Shown here in pieces: positions 18,901 to 27,357 of a stretch of DNA of 64,000 nucleotides (positions are counted from its first letter, which is position 1; each line of letters starts with the position of its first letter). The notes under the pieces were generated by a model. That model searched no databases and was not told the origin of the DNA. It was given only the letters and a program-made list of their open reading frames with translations. The position numbers and the translations under genes are program-made. This DNA is from a virus (Duplodnaviria; Heunggongvirae; Uroviricota; Caudoviricetes). Location of the stretch: IMG/VR virus record IMGVR_UViG_3300049444_000130; one strand, given 5' to 3'.

Positions 18901-20757
18901 GTGGTGCGTCATAACAACACATGGACTCGTCTCACGCTGGCCCTTCTCTTGCTCCTATGGTTTAGTCACTCAGCGTACTGTCTGGAATATTTTGTATCGA
19001 CAGGAGGGAGCAACGCCAATTCCTGCACCGCCGCCAGAACGGTCAGTACGGCCAAGCGGGATATCAACAACGCCACGGGCTGCCTCGCCAGCGGCGATAC
19101 CGTCACTGTGAAAGCAGGGCTCTACGCCGAAGGCAATGTTCAGCTTCCGTCCGGCTCCGCCGGCGCCCCCACCACGATCCGCGCGGCCCCGGGGGAAACG
19201 GTCACGCTCCAGCCCAATAATATTAGTATCGACCAGATTATCAAACTGAACACCGGTCAGAGCTATATTACGATTGACGGCCTGATTCTTGACGCCGGCA
19301 GCCCCACCGGCACGCGCCTGTCCTTTGGCACGGTCGTCAATCAGGACCACGACAGCCCCTCCGGGCATCACTTCACGGTCAAAAACTGTGAGGTGAAGAA
19401 TGGGCGGCATCAGGGGCTCCACATTGCCGGCGCGAACTGGACGGTGGAGAATAACCATATTCACCACAACGGCACCGACGTGGATCTCGATCACGGGATC
19501 TATTTTTCGGCCCACGATAGCCTCGTGAAGAATAACAACATTCATGACAATCGCTGTTTTGGCATCCAGAACTACTCCAGCACCTTCACGAACGTGAACA
19601 ATAACACCTACATCGGCAATACGTTTACGGCCAATGGCTGTGGCGTCGTCATCTCCCAGGGCAGTGGACACCTGTTCATGAACAATGTCATGCATCACGA
19701 CGCCACGCGGGGGACCGTCCCGGCCTTTCGGTGTTGCTCCGATGGGAAGTACTATAACAACACCATCGTGAATAATGTCGGGAGTTCCGGGCTGGAGGGC
19801 TATGGTCCCACCCTGGGCAGTGGTGTGATCATCAAGAACAATATTATCTGTGGCAATAATGGCGCCCAGATTGGCAGCACCGGCGCCACGATGAGCAATA
19901 ACCTGACCACCTGTCCGACGTTCGTCAATAGTGGGGCGAACGACTACCACCTGGTGACCGGCAGTGCGGCGTTAGGCGCGGGAACCACGCTGACCGAGGT
20001 CACGACCGACAAAGACGGCGTGCCACGCCCGCAACCGCCCGGGGGCGTCTATGACATTGGCGCCTACGAGGGCACGGGCAGCGGGGGGCCGCCGCCTGAT
20101 CCCCCGCTCGCCGAGCAGATGTTCGCGCGATGGACGCTCGATGAGGGCACGGGGACGAGCGCGGCGGATGCCACGGGCAATGGCCGCACGGGGACGCTCT
20201 CCGCCAGTGGGCTGTGGAGTCCAGGCCGGGTCGGGAAATTTGCTATTACCATGGGCGTCACCGATATGCTGACCGCTCCCACACTCTGGCCCCTCACGGC
20301 CTATACGTGGGCCTTCTGGCTCAAGGCGGCGACGGCGCCCACGGTCGGCGTGGGGGAAGAGACGCAGCCGTTCTTTTACGGCGCGCAAGCCACGCCGGCG
20401 TTTTGGTTCAGCTGGTCGCATGTGACCGTCGGGGCCGATCAAGCCGCGGCGCAGCAAGATACGGGTGGGGGGAATACCCGGGCGCGCATTGGCAGCACCC
20501 TCCTGGCGAATCGATGGTATCATCTGGCCGCGACGTGGGACGGCACCACGCTGAAACACTACCTCAATGGCGTGCTGCAAGCGTCCACCGCCATCTCGAC
20601 CATGTTCACGCCCGTGGGGCCGGTGTCGGTCGGAAATGGGTTTGTAGGGAGCGTAGATGACGTGCGGCTGTATAACTTCCCCCTCGATGGGGCGGCCATC
20701 CTGGTGCTGTACCGGCAGAGTGCGGGCATGCCTCGGCACAGAATGAGTATGCGATAA
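18901..20757 (+). CDS. secreted right-handed beta-helix protein with C-terminal LamG domain
   Basis: Signal peptide. Repeated NN(N/T)xIxxN rungs typical of the pectin-lyase fold. A C-terminal LamG signature: WYHLAATWDGTTLKHYLNGV...GSVDDVRLYNFPLDGAAILVLY. Confidence 0.5.
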   Translation: MVRHNNTWTRLTLALLLLLWFSHSAYCLEYFVSTGGSNANSCTAARTVSTAKRDINNATGCLASGDTVTVKAGLYAEGNVQLPSGSAGAPTTIRAAPGETVTLQPNNISIDQIIKLNTGQSYITIDGLILDAGSPTGTRLSFGTVVNQDHDSPSGHHFTVKNCEVKNGRHQGLHIAGANWTVENNHIHHNGTDVDLDHGIYFSAHDSLVKNNNIHDNRCFGIQNYSSTFTNVNNNTYIGNTFTANGCGVVISQGSGHLFMNNVMHHDATRGTVPAFRCCSDGKYYNNTIVNNVGSSGLEGYGPTLGSGVIIKNNIICGNNGAQIGSTGATMSNNLTTCPTFVNSGANDYHLVTGSAALGAGTTLTEVTTDKDGVPRPQPPGGVYDIGAYEGTGSGGPPPDPPLAEQMFARWTLDEGTGTSAADATGNGRTGTLSASGLWSPGRVGKFAITMGVTDMLTAPTLWPLTAYTWAFWLKAATAPTVGVGEETQPFFYGAQATPAFWFSWSHVTVGADQAAAQQDTGGGNTRARIGSTLLANRWYHLAATWDGTTLKHYLNGVLQASTAISTMFTPVGPVSVGNGFVGSVDDVRLYNFPLDGAAILVLYRQSAGMPRHRMSMR

Positions 20758-20795
20758 GCAAGCTTGCAAGCAAGGAAGCAAGCTTGCAAGCAAGG
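20756..20795. promoter_or_regulatory. 2 x 20-bp tandem repeat AAGCAAGCTTGCAAGCAAGG containing the 10-bp palindrome GCAAGCTTGC
   Basis: A perfect tandem duplication lying between the stop of the 18901 gene and the holin-like gene at 20808. Confidence 0.6.
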
Positions 20796-20807
20796 AAGGG
20801 ATACGGT

Positions 20808-20966
20808 ATGGGTCTGCTCCTGATTCTCCTGTGCGTCGTGCTGATCGTCAGCGGTGTCCCGCAAGCGCCCTGGGGCACGTGGCATGGTGGCGGGTGGGGC
20901 GTCAGTGGCCTGGGCACCGTGGTGCTCGTGGTGCTCCTGGTGCTCCTGCTCACTGGGCGCCTGTAA
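20808..20966 (+). CDS. small two-TM membrane protein (holin-like)
   Basis: 52 aa with two hydrophobic helices separated by WGTWHGGGWG. Positioned at the start of the small-membrane-protein cluster. Confidence 0.35.
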   Translation: MGLLLILLCVVLIVSGVPQAPWGTWHGGGWGVSGLGTVVLVVLLVLLLTGRL

Positions 20967-20977
20967 AGGAGTCTGCC

Positions 20978-21541
20978 ATGGCCCTCCCCCCGAACACGCC
21001 CAGCAGCGCACCGCCGGCCTCGACCCTGGTGACGCCCCTCAAAGGCCCCACGATCTCGGCCTGGCATCGACCGGACGCGCCCGTGAGTTTCACCATCCCC
21101 CCCGTCGTGTTCCTCGGGCTCTTAGTGGCGTGCATGGCGTTTGCGGCGGTGCTGACCTGGTTTGTCCTCTACCACCAGGCCCGTACGGACGAGACGCTGG
21201 CCGCCCTCGTGACCAAGACGGAGACCGCCCTGCGGGGGCTCGACGGACGCCAGGACACGTTAGAGCGGGCGCAACAGGAGATGCTGCGGGAACAAGCCCG
21301 ACGCACCGCCCTGGTCGTACAAATTCCCGCGGTGCAGGCCCTTCTCCAGGCCCAACAAACGCATATGAGTGACAATACCATCACCCTGAAAGCGGTTGAG
21401 GATAGAGCAACGACGAATGCCCAGGCGATTGGCGAACTCAAAAAAGAGACGCTCGATCTGCGCGTGCGGATGAACGATTTGTTGTATGTCAAACGGGTCC
21501 ATCCCCCACCGAAAAAGGAGCGCCCGTATGACGCTCCCTGA
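20978..21541 (+). CDS. membrane-anchored coiled-coil protein (N-terminal TM)
   Basis: TM helix VVFLGLLVACMAFAAVLTWFVLY followed by a long coiled coil. Confidence 0.4.
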   Translation: MALPPNTPSSAPPASTLVTPLKGPTISAWHRPDAPVSFTIPPVVFLGLLVACMAFAAVLTWFVLYHQARTDETLAALVTKTETALRGLDGRQDTLERAQQEMLREQARRTALVVQIPAVQALLQAQQTHMSDNTITLKAVEDRATTNAQAIGELKKETLDLRVRMNDLLYVKRVHPPPKKERPYDAP

Positions 21542-22016
21542 GCCCTTCTGGCCGCACGCCCTGTGTCTGCTCCACGATCCAAGCCTAATCGGGCTGCATG
21601 TGCTGGCGGATGGGATGATCGCCCTGGCCTACTTCGCCATCCCGAGTGCGCTGGCCTATTTTGCGCTCAAGCGGCGGGTGTTCCCGTTTCGCGGCATCGT
21701 CCTCTGGTTTGCGGCGTTCACGGTGGCGTGTGGCCTGACCCATGTCGGGAATGTGGTGGAGATGTTTTCGCCGGCAGCCTATTGGATCACCGGCGCGGGG
21801 AAGCTGATCACGGCGGCGCTCTCGTGGTGGCTGTTGCGGCTCCTCCTCCCCGTGCTCCCCCAGATGCTGGCCCTGCCGGGCCTGGACCAATTGGACGAGG
21901 TGCGGCAGTGGATGAGCATGCCCGTCGGAGAGACCCTGCCGCAGATGCAGGCGGAGCTCGATAAACTGATCGACGTGCTGACGACGCTCACGCCTCCCAA
22001 AGCGCCCGAGAGGTAA
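21528..22016 (+). CDS. stand-alone ethylene-binding-domain (ETR1 N-terminal-like) membrane protein
   Basis: Three predicted TM helices. DGMIALAYFAIPSALAYFALKRRVFPFRGIVLWFAAFTVACGLTHVGNVV aligns almost residue-for-residue with ETR1 [50 protein letters not shown], including the Asp, the Tyr and the Cu-ligand Cys/His pair. There is no output domain. Confidence 0.6.
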   Translation: MTLPEPFWPHALCLLHDPSLIGLHVLADGMIALAYFAIPSALAYFALKRRVFPFRGIVLWFAAFTVACGLTHVGNVVEMFSPAAYWITGAGKLITAALSWWLLRLLLPVLPQMLALPGLDQLDEVRQWMSMPVGETLPQMQAELDKLIDVLTTLTPPKAPER

Positions 22017-22026
22017 AGGAGGGCGG

Positions 22027-22401
22027 ATGGGCGAAGCCCCACCACGCGGCCAGTTGGACCAACTGCGGCGCGACATGCAGGACACCACGACGAAGCTCGC
22101 GGATGTCGTGTATCAACTCCGCGATACGCTGCGCCAACAGCAGCATGTGGAAGAGGATATGCGGGAGACGCGGGCCGCCGTGCAGAGCATCCATCAGCTC
22201 CTCCAGGGCGGGGATCTGCCGCTGCTCACGCGGATGATCGTGGTCGAGGGGAAGGTGAAAGAGGTGGAAGCGAGCCAGTTCCGCAACCGCGATTGGTGGC
22301 TCAAAATCGCCGCGACCTTGACCACAGCGCTGATTGTCGCCATGGCGGGATTGCTGCTGGTGCTGTACGTCAGCACGAAAACCCCGCTGCCGAAGCCCTA
22401 G
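22027..22401 (+). CDS. coiled-coil protein with C-terminal TM anchor
   Basis: 124 aa: a coiled coil followed by WWLKIAATLTTALIVAMAGLLLVLYV. Confidence 0.4.
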   Translation: MGEAPPRGQLDQLRRDMQDTTTKLADVVYQLRDTLRQQQHVEEDMRETRAAVQSIHQLLQGGDLPLLTRMIVVEGKVKEVEASQFRNRDWWLKIAATLTTALIVAMAGLLLVLYVSTKTPLPKP

Positions 22402-22461
22402 GAGCGTATCCGATGTCTGCCGACTGTTTCCAACTTTCTCCATGCCACAAGGAGTGACGCT

Positions 22462-22953
22462 ATGCGTAACCGCCTTCTCCTCCTCATCTTGGCGCTCCTC
22501 GTGCTGCGCATTGGCACAGCACGAGCGCAAGTGACCGACACGAACACGGCCCCCGATGGCCGCACCACGACCCACAATATGGACTGCATGGGCAACATGT
22601 GGCTCTGGACGCAGTGGACCATCTTCACGGACGCGGGCCGGGGGGGCCGCCGCGTCATCCGGTTTGTGCAGGACTGCGTCTCCACCGAGGGGCACCCTTC
22701 GACGGCCAACCGGGACAACTGGCCCACCCTGACCCTCCGCGATGGCAACGTCAAGGCTATCTGGGTCGAGGGCTTCAGTCACTTTGCCCAGGCCATCCCC
22801 GGCGCTGTCGCCCAGTTCTGGCCGTTCCGCTTCGAGCAACGCGCCGACCGTATAGATTTTCCGGTCTTTACGGGCGATGAACCCGCGACAGACGAGCAGC
22901 ACGAGCAGACCAGCTACGCGAGCATCTATTTTTTCGCCAGCAGGCCCAGGTAA
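22462..22953 (+). CDS. secreted hypothetical protein
   Basis: Signal peptide MRNRLLLLILALLVLRIGTARAQ. 163 aa. Confidence 0.4.
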   Translation: MRNRLLLLILALLVLRIGTARAQVTDTNTAPDGRTTTHNMDCMGNMWLWTQWTIFTDAGRGGRRVIRFVQDCVSTEGHPSTANRDNWPTLTLRDGNVKAIWVEGFSHFAQAIPGAVAQFWPFRFEQRADRIDFPVFTGDEPATDEQHEQTSYASIYFFASRPR

Positions 22954-22996
22954 GGACCGTATCAACATCCCGACGCCGGAGGAAGGACGGTGCGCC

Positions 22997-23341
22997 ATGT
23001 CTGCCGACGCCCTCGGGAAGTGGATCATGGGCCTGGTCGCCACGCTGCTGGTGCTGGGCCTGGGGTCCTATATTGCCACGACGAATCGCCAGTTGGACGC
23101 GATGGAAAATCGGCTCGATGCCCTCACGGAGCGGCAAGGGGAAGTGCGGGAGCAGTTGCGGCATCTCGAAGTCGTGCTCCCGGAGATGACGGAGCGGCTG
23201 GCGGACCTGCGACGGGAGTGTCTGGCGCTCCAGGCGCGGGTGGTGCTCCTCGAAACGCAGGGTGTGGTGCTGGCGGAGCGGCTCCGGGTCCTCGACCAGC
23301 ACCACCAGGAAGGGTGGCGCCCACGTGAGGACGGGCCGTGA
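22997..23341 (+). CDS. membrane-anchored coiled-coil protein (N-terminal TM)
   Basis: MSADALGKWIMGLVATLLVLGLGSYIATT followed by a coiled coil. Same architecture as the 20978 gene. Confidence 0.4.
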   Translation: MSADALGKWIMGLVATLLVLGLGSYIATTNRQLDAMENRLDALTERQGEVREQLRHLEVVLPEMTERLADLRRECLALQARVVLLETQGVVLAERLRVLDQHHQEGWRPREDGP

Positions 23342-23730
23342 CGGCGCCCACGTTGGCGGAAATCGCCTACCGGGCCTGGTGTGCGCAGCAACCCCTACCG
23401 CAGCCGCTCTATAAGGCCCTCACGTTCGAGGAGAAACTGGGGTGGGCAGTCGGGGTACAGGAAGCCCTGGAGGCAGCGCTGACCGTCCCGGGCCTCCCCC
23501 CACCGCCGACTGTGGACCTGACGCAGACCATCACCCAGCTCCGTCAGGCCGTGCAGAGGGCGCTCCAGCCCCACGCGTACAGCCTCGCCCAGGCCAGCCG
23601 CGTCGTCGGGGTGAATCGGCGCACCCTCACACGCTGGCTGGCGGGAGAAGACAATTTGACGCTTCGCACGCTCCAACGACTGGAGACGTGGGTAGGGAAC
23701 AGGTGCCGAAAGCAAGACGATGGGCCTTGA
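23338..23730 (+). CDS. HTH DNA-binding protein
   Basis: C-terminal SLAQASRVVGVNRRTLTRWLAG helix-turn-helix. Confidence 0.4.
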   Translation: MTAPTLAEIAYRAWCAQQPLPQPLYKALTFEEKLGWAVGVQEALEAALTVPGLPPPPTVDLTQTITQLRQAVQRALQPHAYSLAQASRVVGVNRRTLTRWLAGEDNLTLRTLQRLETWVGNRCRKQDDGP

Positions 23731-24426
23731 GCCAAGCCTCAAGCTCGTCCCAGTAGCCAGACGGCCTGTCATCAGGGGTCGCATACCAGGCGTCCAGCAA
23801 CGCAAGGGCGGCAGCATTGGGCACGGCGGGCGGCTGCTGCAGTGTAGGGCCTGTTTCTGACATATATACTTCCTAACTCATTGGTTTTTCTGGCTTCACT
23901 GGCGCTGCAGATCTGGGGCTGGCACAGAAGACTCCTCAAGGGGAGGGCGGCGGTGCCGTACACAGGAGGAGCGCGAACAGGATGCAGGCGGTACACACCC
24001 CCAGATCCCCGGCCAGCCGTGCCACAGGATCATTGGCAAAGAACGCAAGCGGGGTCGCCCCACCCAGGAAGCCAACCGCCAAGGCCGCCACCCCACACCG
24101 CAGGCCCCCAATCAGCCTATGGGACATAGACAGGTCCTCTTGTGTGAAGCTCCCTCCCACCTAACCCTCGCCGGGCACGGGGTAAAGCACAGTGCTCTAC
24201 ATCCTCATTGGCAAAGAGCGGCTGCGGGGGTGGTGGTACTGACGGGAGGTTTCTCATTTTGACGTCCTTGTCACACTGGCCGGCCTCGCTGTGCTTCCAG
24301 TGGCAGCCAGAAACGCCTGAAGCAGCTCCAACGGAAACGGAAAGACGACGGTCGAATTCTGCTCAACGGCAATTTCCGCCAGGGTTTGGAGATAGCGGAG
24401 TTGGAGCGACATCGGATGCCGTCCCA

Positions 24427-25059
24427 TCACCTCAGCGGCTTCGGCGAGCCGAGTGGCCGCCTGGAATTCGCCATGGCGGCAATAATCTTGGCGCGGCGTT
24501 CGCGTTCGGCCTCGGCTTGCTTCGCCATCGCCCGCTGCATCTCCTGGGGTAAGTCAATATGTTTGACTTCGACCGCATCCACTTTGATGCCCCAGGGCTC
24601 CGTCCCCGCATCCAACATGCTTTGGAGCCGATGGTCAATCCTGTCAATTTGTGTCAACAAATCATCGAGCTCAAATTGCCCCAAAACACTACGCAAGACG
24701 GTTTGCGCTTTTTCATAGGTGGCGTCTTCAAAGTCTTCGACCGCGATCACCGCTTCTTTGGGGCTCGCCACATGAAAAAAGACAATCGCATGGACCTTGA
24801 GCGTAATATTGTCTTTGGTAATGATGTCTTGGGGGGGGATATCGAGCGTAATGACCTGCGTAGTAATCCGCGTCATGCGATCAATAACTGGGAGGAGAAG
24901 GACAATCCCGGGTCCTCGCACCGCCCGGAAGGTCCCGAGCCGCAGCACGACGCCGCGCTCCCACTCGCGCAAGATTTTCAGACTCATACATCCGAGTACC
25001 AGGAGCAGGAGGGGCAGGCCAAGACCAAGACTGAGCAGAAACATACACATGCCTTTCAT
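24427..25059 (-). CDS. SPFH/band-7 (stomatin/HflC-like) membrane protein
   Basis: N-terminal TM followed by [16 protein letters not shown]...PVIDRM...ITKDN...[17 protein letters not shown], the canonical SPFH domain. The start was chosen at MKGMCMF. The track ORF extends to 25239. Confidence 0.7.
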   Translation of the reverse strand: MKGMCMFLLSLGLGLPLLLLVLGCMSLKILREWERGVVLRLGTFRAVRGPGIVLLLPVIDRMTRITTQVITLDIPPQDIITKDNITLKVHAIVFFHVASPKEAVIAVEDFEDATYEKAQTVLRSVLGQFELDDLLTQIDRIDHRLQSMLDAGTEPWGIKVDAVEVKHIDLPQEMQRAMAKQAEAERERRAKIIAAMANSRRPLGSPKPLR

Positions 25060-25103
25060 GGTTGCGGTTGTAGAAGGCGGTGGTACGCGCGGGAACCTAG
25101 CGC

Positions 25104-25472
25104 TTACACGGTGCTCGTCCCCTCGACCCCCCGACGCAGCCGCGCCTCGGTGCGCATGTGAAGCCAGTCCATGGCCATGATCACCGCGTCGAGGGCCTCG
25201 GCGTTCTCCTGACAGGCGTAGGGACCCGCTTGGAAACATGCCAATCGATCCCGCACCACCGCCAGGAGCGCCTCGTTCGAGACGCCGTTGGCACCCGCCT
25301 CCGCGATGGGGCCTTCCTGAAAATGGAGATCCCAGTGGAGCAGGTCGAGGCCATCACGAGGAATATGCAGATGATACTGATGGCACGCCCCACCGGCGCC
25401 CGGTTCGTCCAACACGGTGATCGTAATCGCCTCGTTCAGGCCCTTGACGGTATGCGTCGTAATGGTTCTCAT
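25104..25472 (-). CDS. hypothetical phage protein
   Basis: 122 aa ORF with GC3-rich codons and consistent spacing in the - strand operon. Confidence 0.35.
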   Translation of the reverse strand: MRTITTHTVKGLNEAITITVLDEPGAGGACHQYHLHIPRDGLDLLHWDLHFQEGPIAEAGANGVSNEALLAVVRDRLACFQAGPYACQENAEALDAVIMAMDWLHMRTEARLRRGVEGTSTV

Positions 25473-25864
25473 AGGGGAAATTCCTCCTCGTCCTCGCTGC
25501 CATACTCCCTCTCTCCAGCCTCGTCATACCGATGACGCGCCGCCCGCTCCCCCGCCGTCAGTTGGGGCGGGAGATACACCGTCACGGGTTCGGTGCGGAT
25601 ACTGCGAGCCGCCGCCACGGCCAACTCCTCCGTGACCAGCGTCAGGTCAAAGATACTGCTCACCCCAATATAGCGGGTATAGGCGGGGTGCTCGTCCACG
25701 GCGGGGATATCCACCCGCAGGAGGGCACTGCCGCCCAGGAGTACGGTGGACACCCGGCCAGCGAGTTTCGTGTGGCCAAACTGGGAGACAATCGCCCAGC
25801 CGTCAATCGTGGTTGGTTCGTCAGACATGTTTTGCTCCTTGCTGCAAGCGTCGAGGGTCAACAT
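25469..25864 (-). CDS. hypothetical phage protein (acidic C-terminus)
   Basis: 131 aa. Overlaps its neighbours by 4 nt (operon coupling). Confidence 0.35.
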   Translation of the reverse strand: MLTLDACSKEQNMSDEPTTIDGWAIVSQFGHTKLAGRVSTVLLGGSALLRVDIPAVDEHPAYTRYIGVSSIFDLTLVTEELAVAAARSIRTEPVTVYLPPQLTAGERAARHRYDEAGEREYGSEDEEEFPL

Positions 25865-26271
25865 CAGCGCGGTGGCAGACTCGTCAACCGTGGCAGCTTC
25901 CGGCCATTAAAAGGCCGATGGGAAAAGCGCATCCCGGCCTTGGCCAGATTCCGCAAGAGATCGCCCATCCAGAGCTGTGTTTGCGTGCCAAAATCTTGCA
26001 ACTGGTGGAGCATATGCCCCGTGCCCAGGGCGAGCTGCTCCGCACGCGTTGGCCCCTGCTCCGCCGTCTTCAGCCGGAACCGAAAACCCAGCGGGAGAGT
26101 GTCATCCTCAATTATACAGTTCCAAGTAGTATAGACGGGATAGGTGAAGGCCGCCTCATGTTCGCTCACTAACATAATGGCCCCCGCCAGGTCGTATTCG
26201 CGGCAAATGATCTGGATCATGGCGAGCGCTTCCTGCAAGCGTGGGTCCTCTATCGGACGGTCATTTCTCAT
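25864..26271 (-). CDS. hypothetical protein; intact copy of a gene whose 5' end is duplicated at 27016..27168
   Basis: Starts MRNDRPIEDPRLQEALAMIQIICREYDLAGAIMLVSEHEAAF. A second diverged copy of this N-terminus lies upstream of the HNH gene. Confidence 0.45.
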   Translation of the reverse strand: MRNDRPIEDPRLQEALAMIQIICREYDLAGAIMLVSEHEAAFTYPVYTTWNCIIEDDTLPLGFRFRLKTAEQGPTRAEQLALGTGHMLHQLQDFGTQTQLWMGDLLRNLAKAGMRFSHRPFNGRKLPRLTSLPPR

Positions 26272-26906
26272 AAAGGCCCTTTTTCTTGAAGTAGGTGTTT
26301 CCAGGTATGCTCACAAACAATGTGGCTAATACATGACGGCCCACGTTGGTATTTTTCTTGGAGTGCCTTGACCGTCATGCCATTAAGCCGGTCTGCTCGA
26401 ATTGCTCGAACGACAGACTCTGTGAGTGTTGCACGGCCATTGCATTCACCTTGGGCAATCTCAGGATGGAGATGCATATAGTTATTCTCTGGCCGTCGAT
26501 AGCGATACATTTCTTCAGCCGGAAAAACACGACCCATTTGGATCGCATCAGCCATATTTTCTTTGGCTGTCCCTTGATATAAGTGCCTAATACACGCACG
26601 GATGAGACAAGGGGGCGTGTGGAGAACGAATTGCTTCCGCGACAAAGGTCCATAAAGCGCATCATAGAAAAACCGATGGGCATTTACAGAATGCCCCCTA
26701 TATGAAAAGGCGCCATAGCCATTGTTTAATGCCTGTGCCCATCCCGTACAACGCTCCTCCCAGGGATGGCATGCACAAGCTGCCTGCATGGTAACTTGCT
26801 GCCAAAAACGCATCACGACATTAGAGGAATAGCGACGCCGCATGAGGGCACGCATTTTTTCGAGCTGTGAAAAATCAAAAAGTGTGGGATGCTCTGCGGA
26901 TGCCAT
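26268..26906 (-). CDS. HNH homing endonuclease (HNH_3/AP2-like)
   Basis: GYGAFSYRGHSVNAHRFFYDALYGPL...HTPPCLIRACIRHLYQGTAKENMADA. Low GC relative to its surroundings. The stop overlaps the downstream gene start. Confidence 0.7.
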   Translation of the reverse strand: MASAEHPTLFDFSQLEKMRALMRRRYSSNVVMRFWQQVTMQAACACHPWEERCTGWAQALNNGYGAFSYRGHSVNAHRFFYDALYGPLSRKQFVLHTPPCLIRACIRHLYQGTAKENMADAIQMGRVFPAEEMYRYRRPENNYMHLHPEIAQGECNGRATLTESVVRAIRADRLNGMTVKALQEKYQRGPSCISHIVCEHTWKHLLQEKGPL

Positions 26907-27015
26907 GGCACTGTACCTCGCATGTACGGTGGTATGGGAGTGTCTGGTGGTGCTCGATACACCACCAGAACATAAAACGCTGTAATTATATCACATCTCA
27001 TTGATTTTTCAACAC

Positions 27016-27168
27016 TTATTCCACAAAGAACAGTTGGTACCCAAACGCCGCCTCCTCCTCGTTGACCAGCATCACGGCACAGGCCAGGTCTTGCTCCCGG
27101 GCCAGGGCCAGCACCGCGTCGAGGGCCGCCTGGAGGCGGGGGTCGTCTATCGGTCGATCATTCCTCAT
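27016..27168 (-). pseudogene. 5' fragment (about 46 codons) of a paralogue of gene 25864..26271
   Basis: MRNDRPIDDPRLQAALDAVLALAREQDLACAVMLVNEEEAAF then diverges and stops. The nucleotide similarity covers the start region (..tctatcggtcgatcattcctcat vs ..tctatcggacggtcatttctcat). Confidence 0.5.
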
Positions 27169-27357
27169 CGTGGTCCCTTTCGTGCGGCACTGCCGCCGCA
27201 TTCCGACACACCGCCTCGACCGTCGCATGCCAGCGGCAGTAGCGCCGCGGCGCTTTGTGGGGGCGCGTGCCGCGCTGGTCAATCGCCCAGCGCTGGTGGC
27301 TGGGCGTGTAATAGACGCCATGCGTGGCATCGTGCAGGCAGCCCGCGTGGCAGCACC

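Noticed and set aside
17279-19950. Long antisense ORFs (17279..18922 -, 18970..19950 -) opposite secreted-protein genes
   Set aside because: R/G/P-rich with no motifs. The sense genes have signal peptides and LamG/beta-helix signatures.
20808-23341. Calling this a definitive lysis cassette (holin/endolysin/spanin)
   Set aside because: No muramidase, amidase or transglycosylase domain is recognisable. Only the topology of the small proteins suggests it, so it is reported as a hypothesis only.
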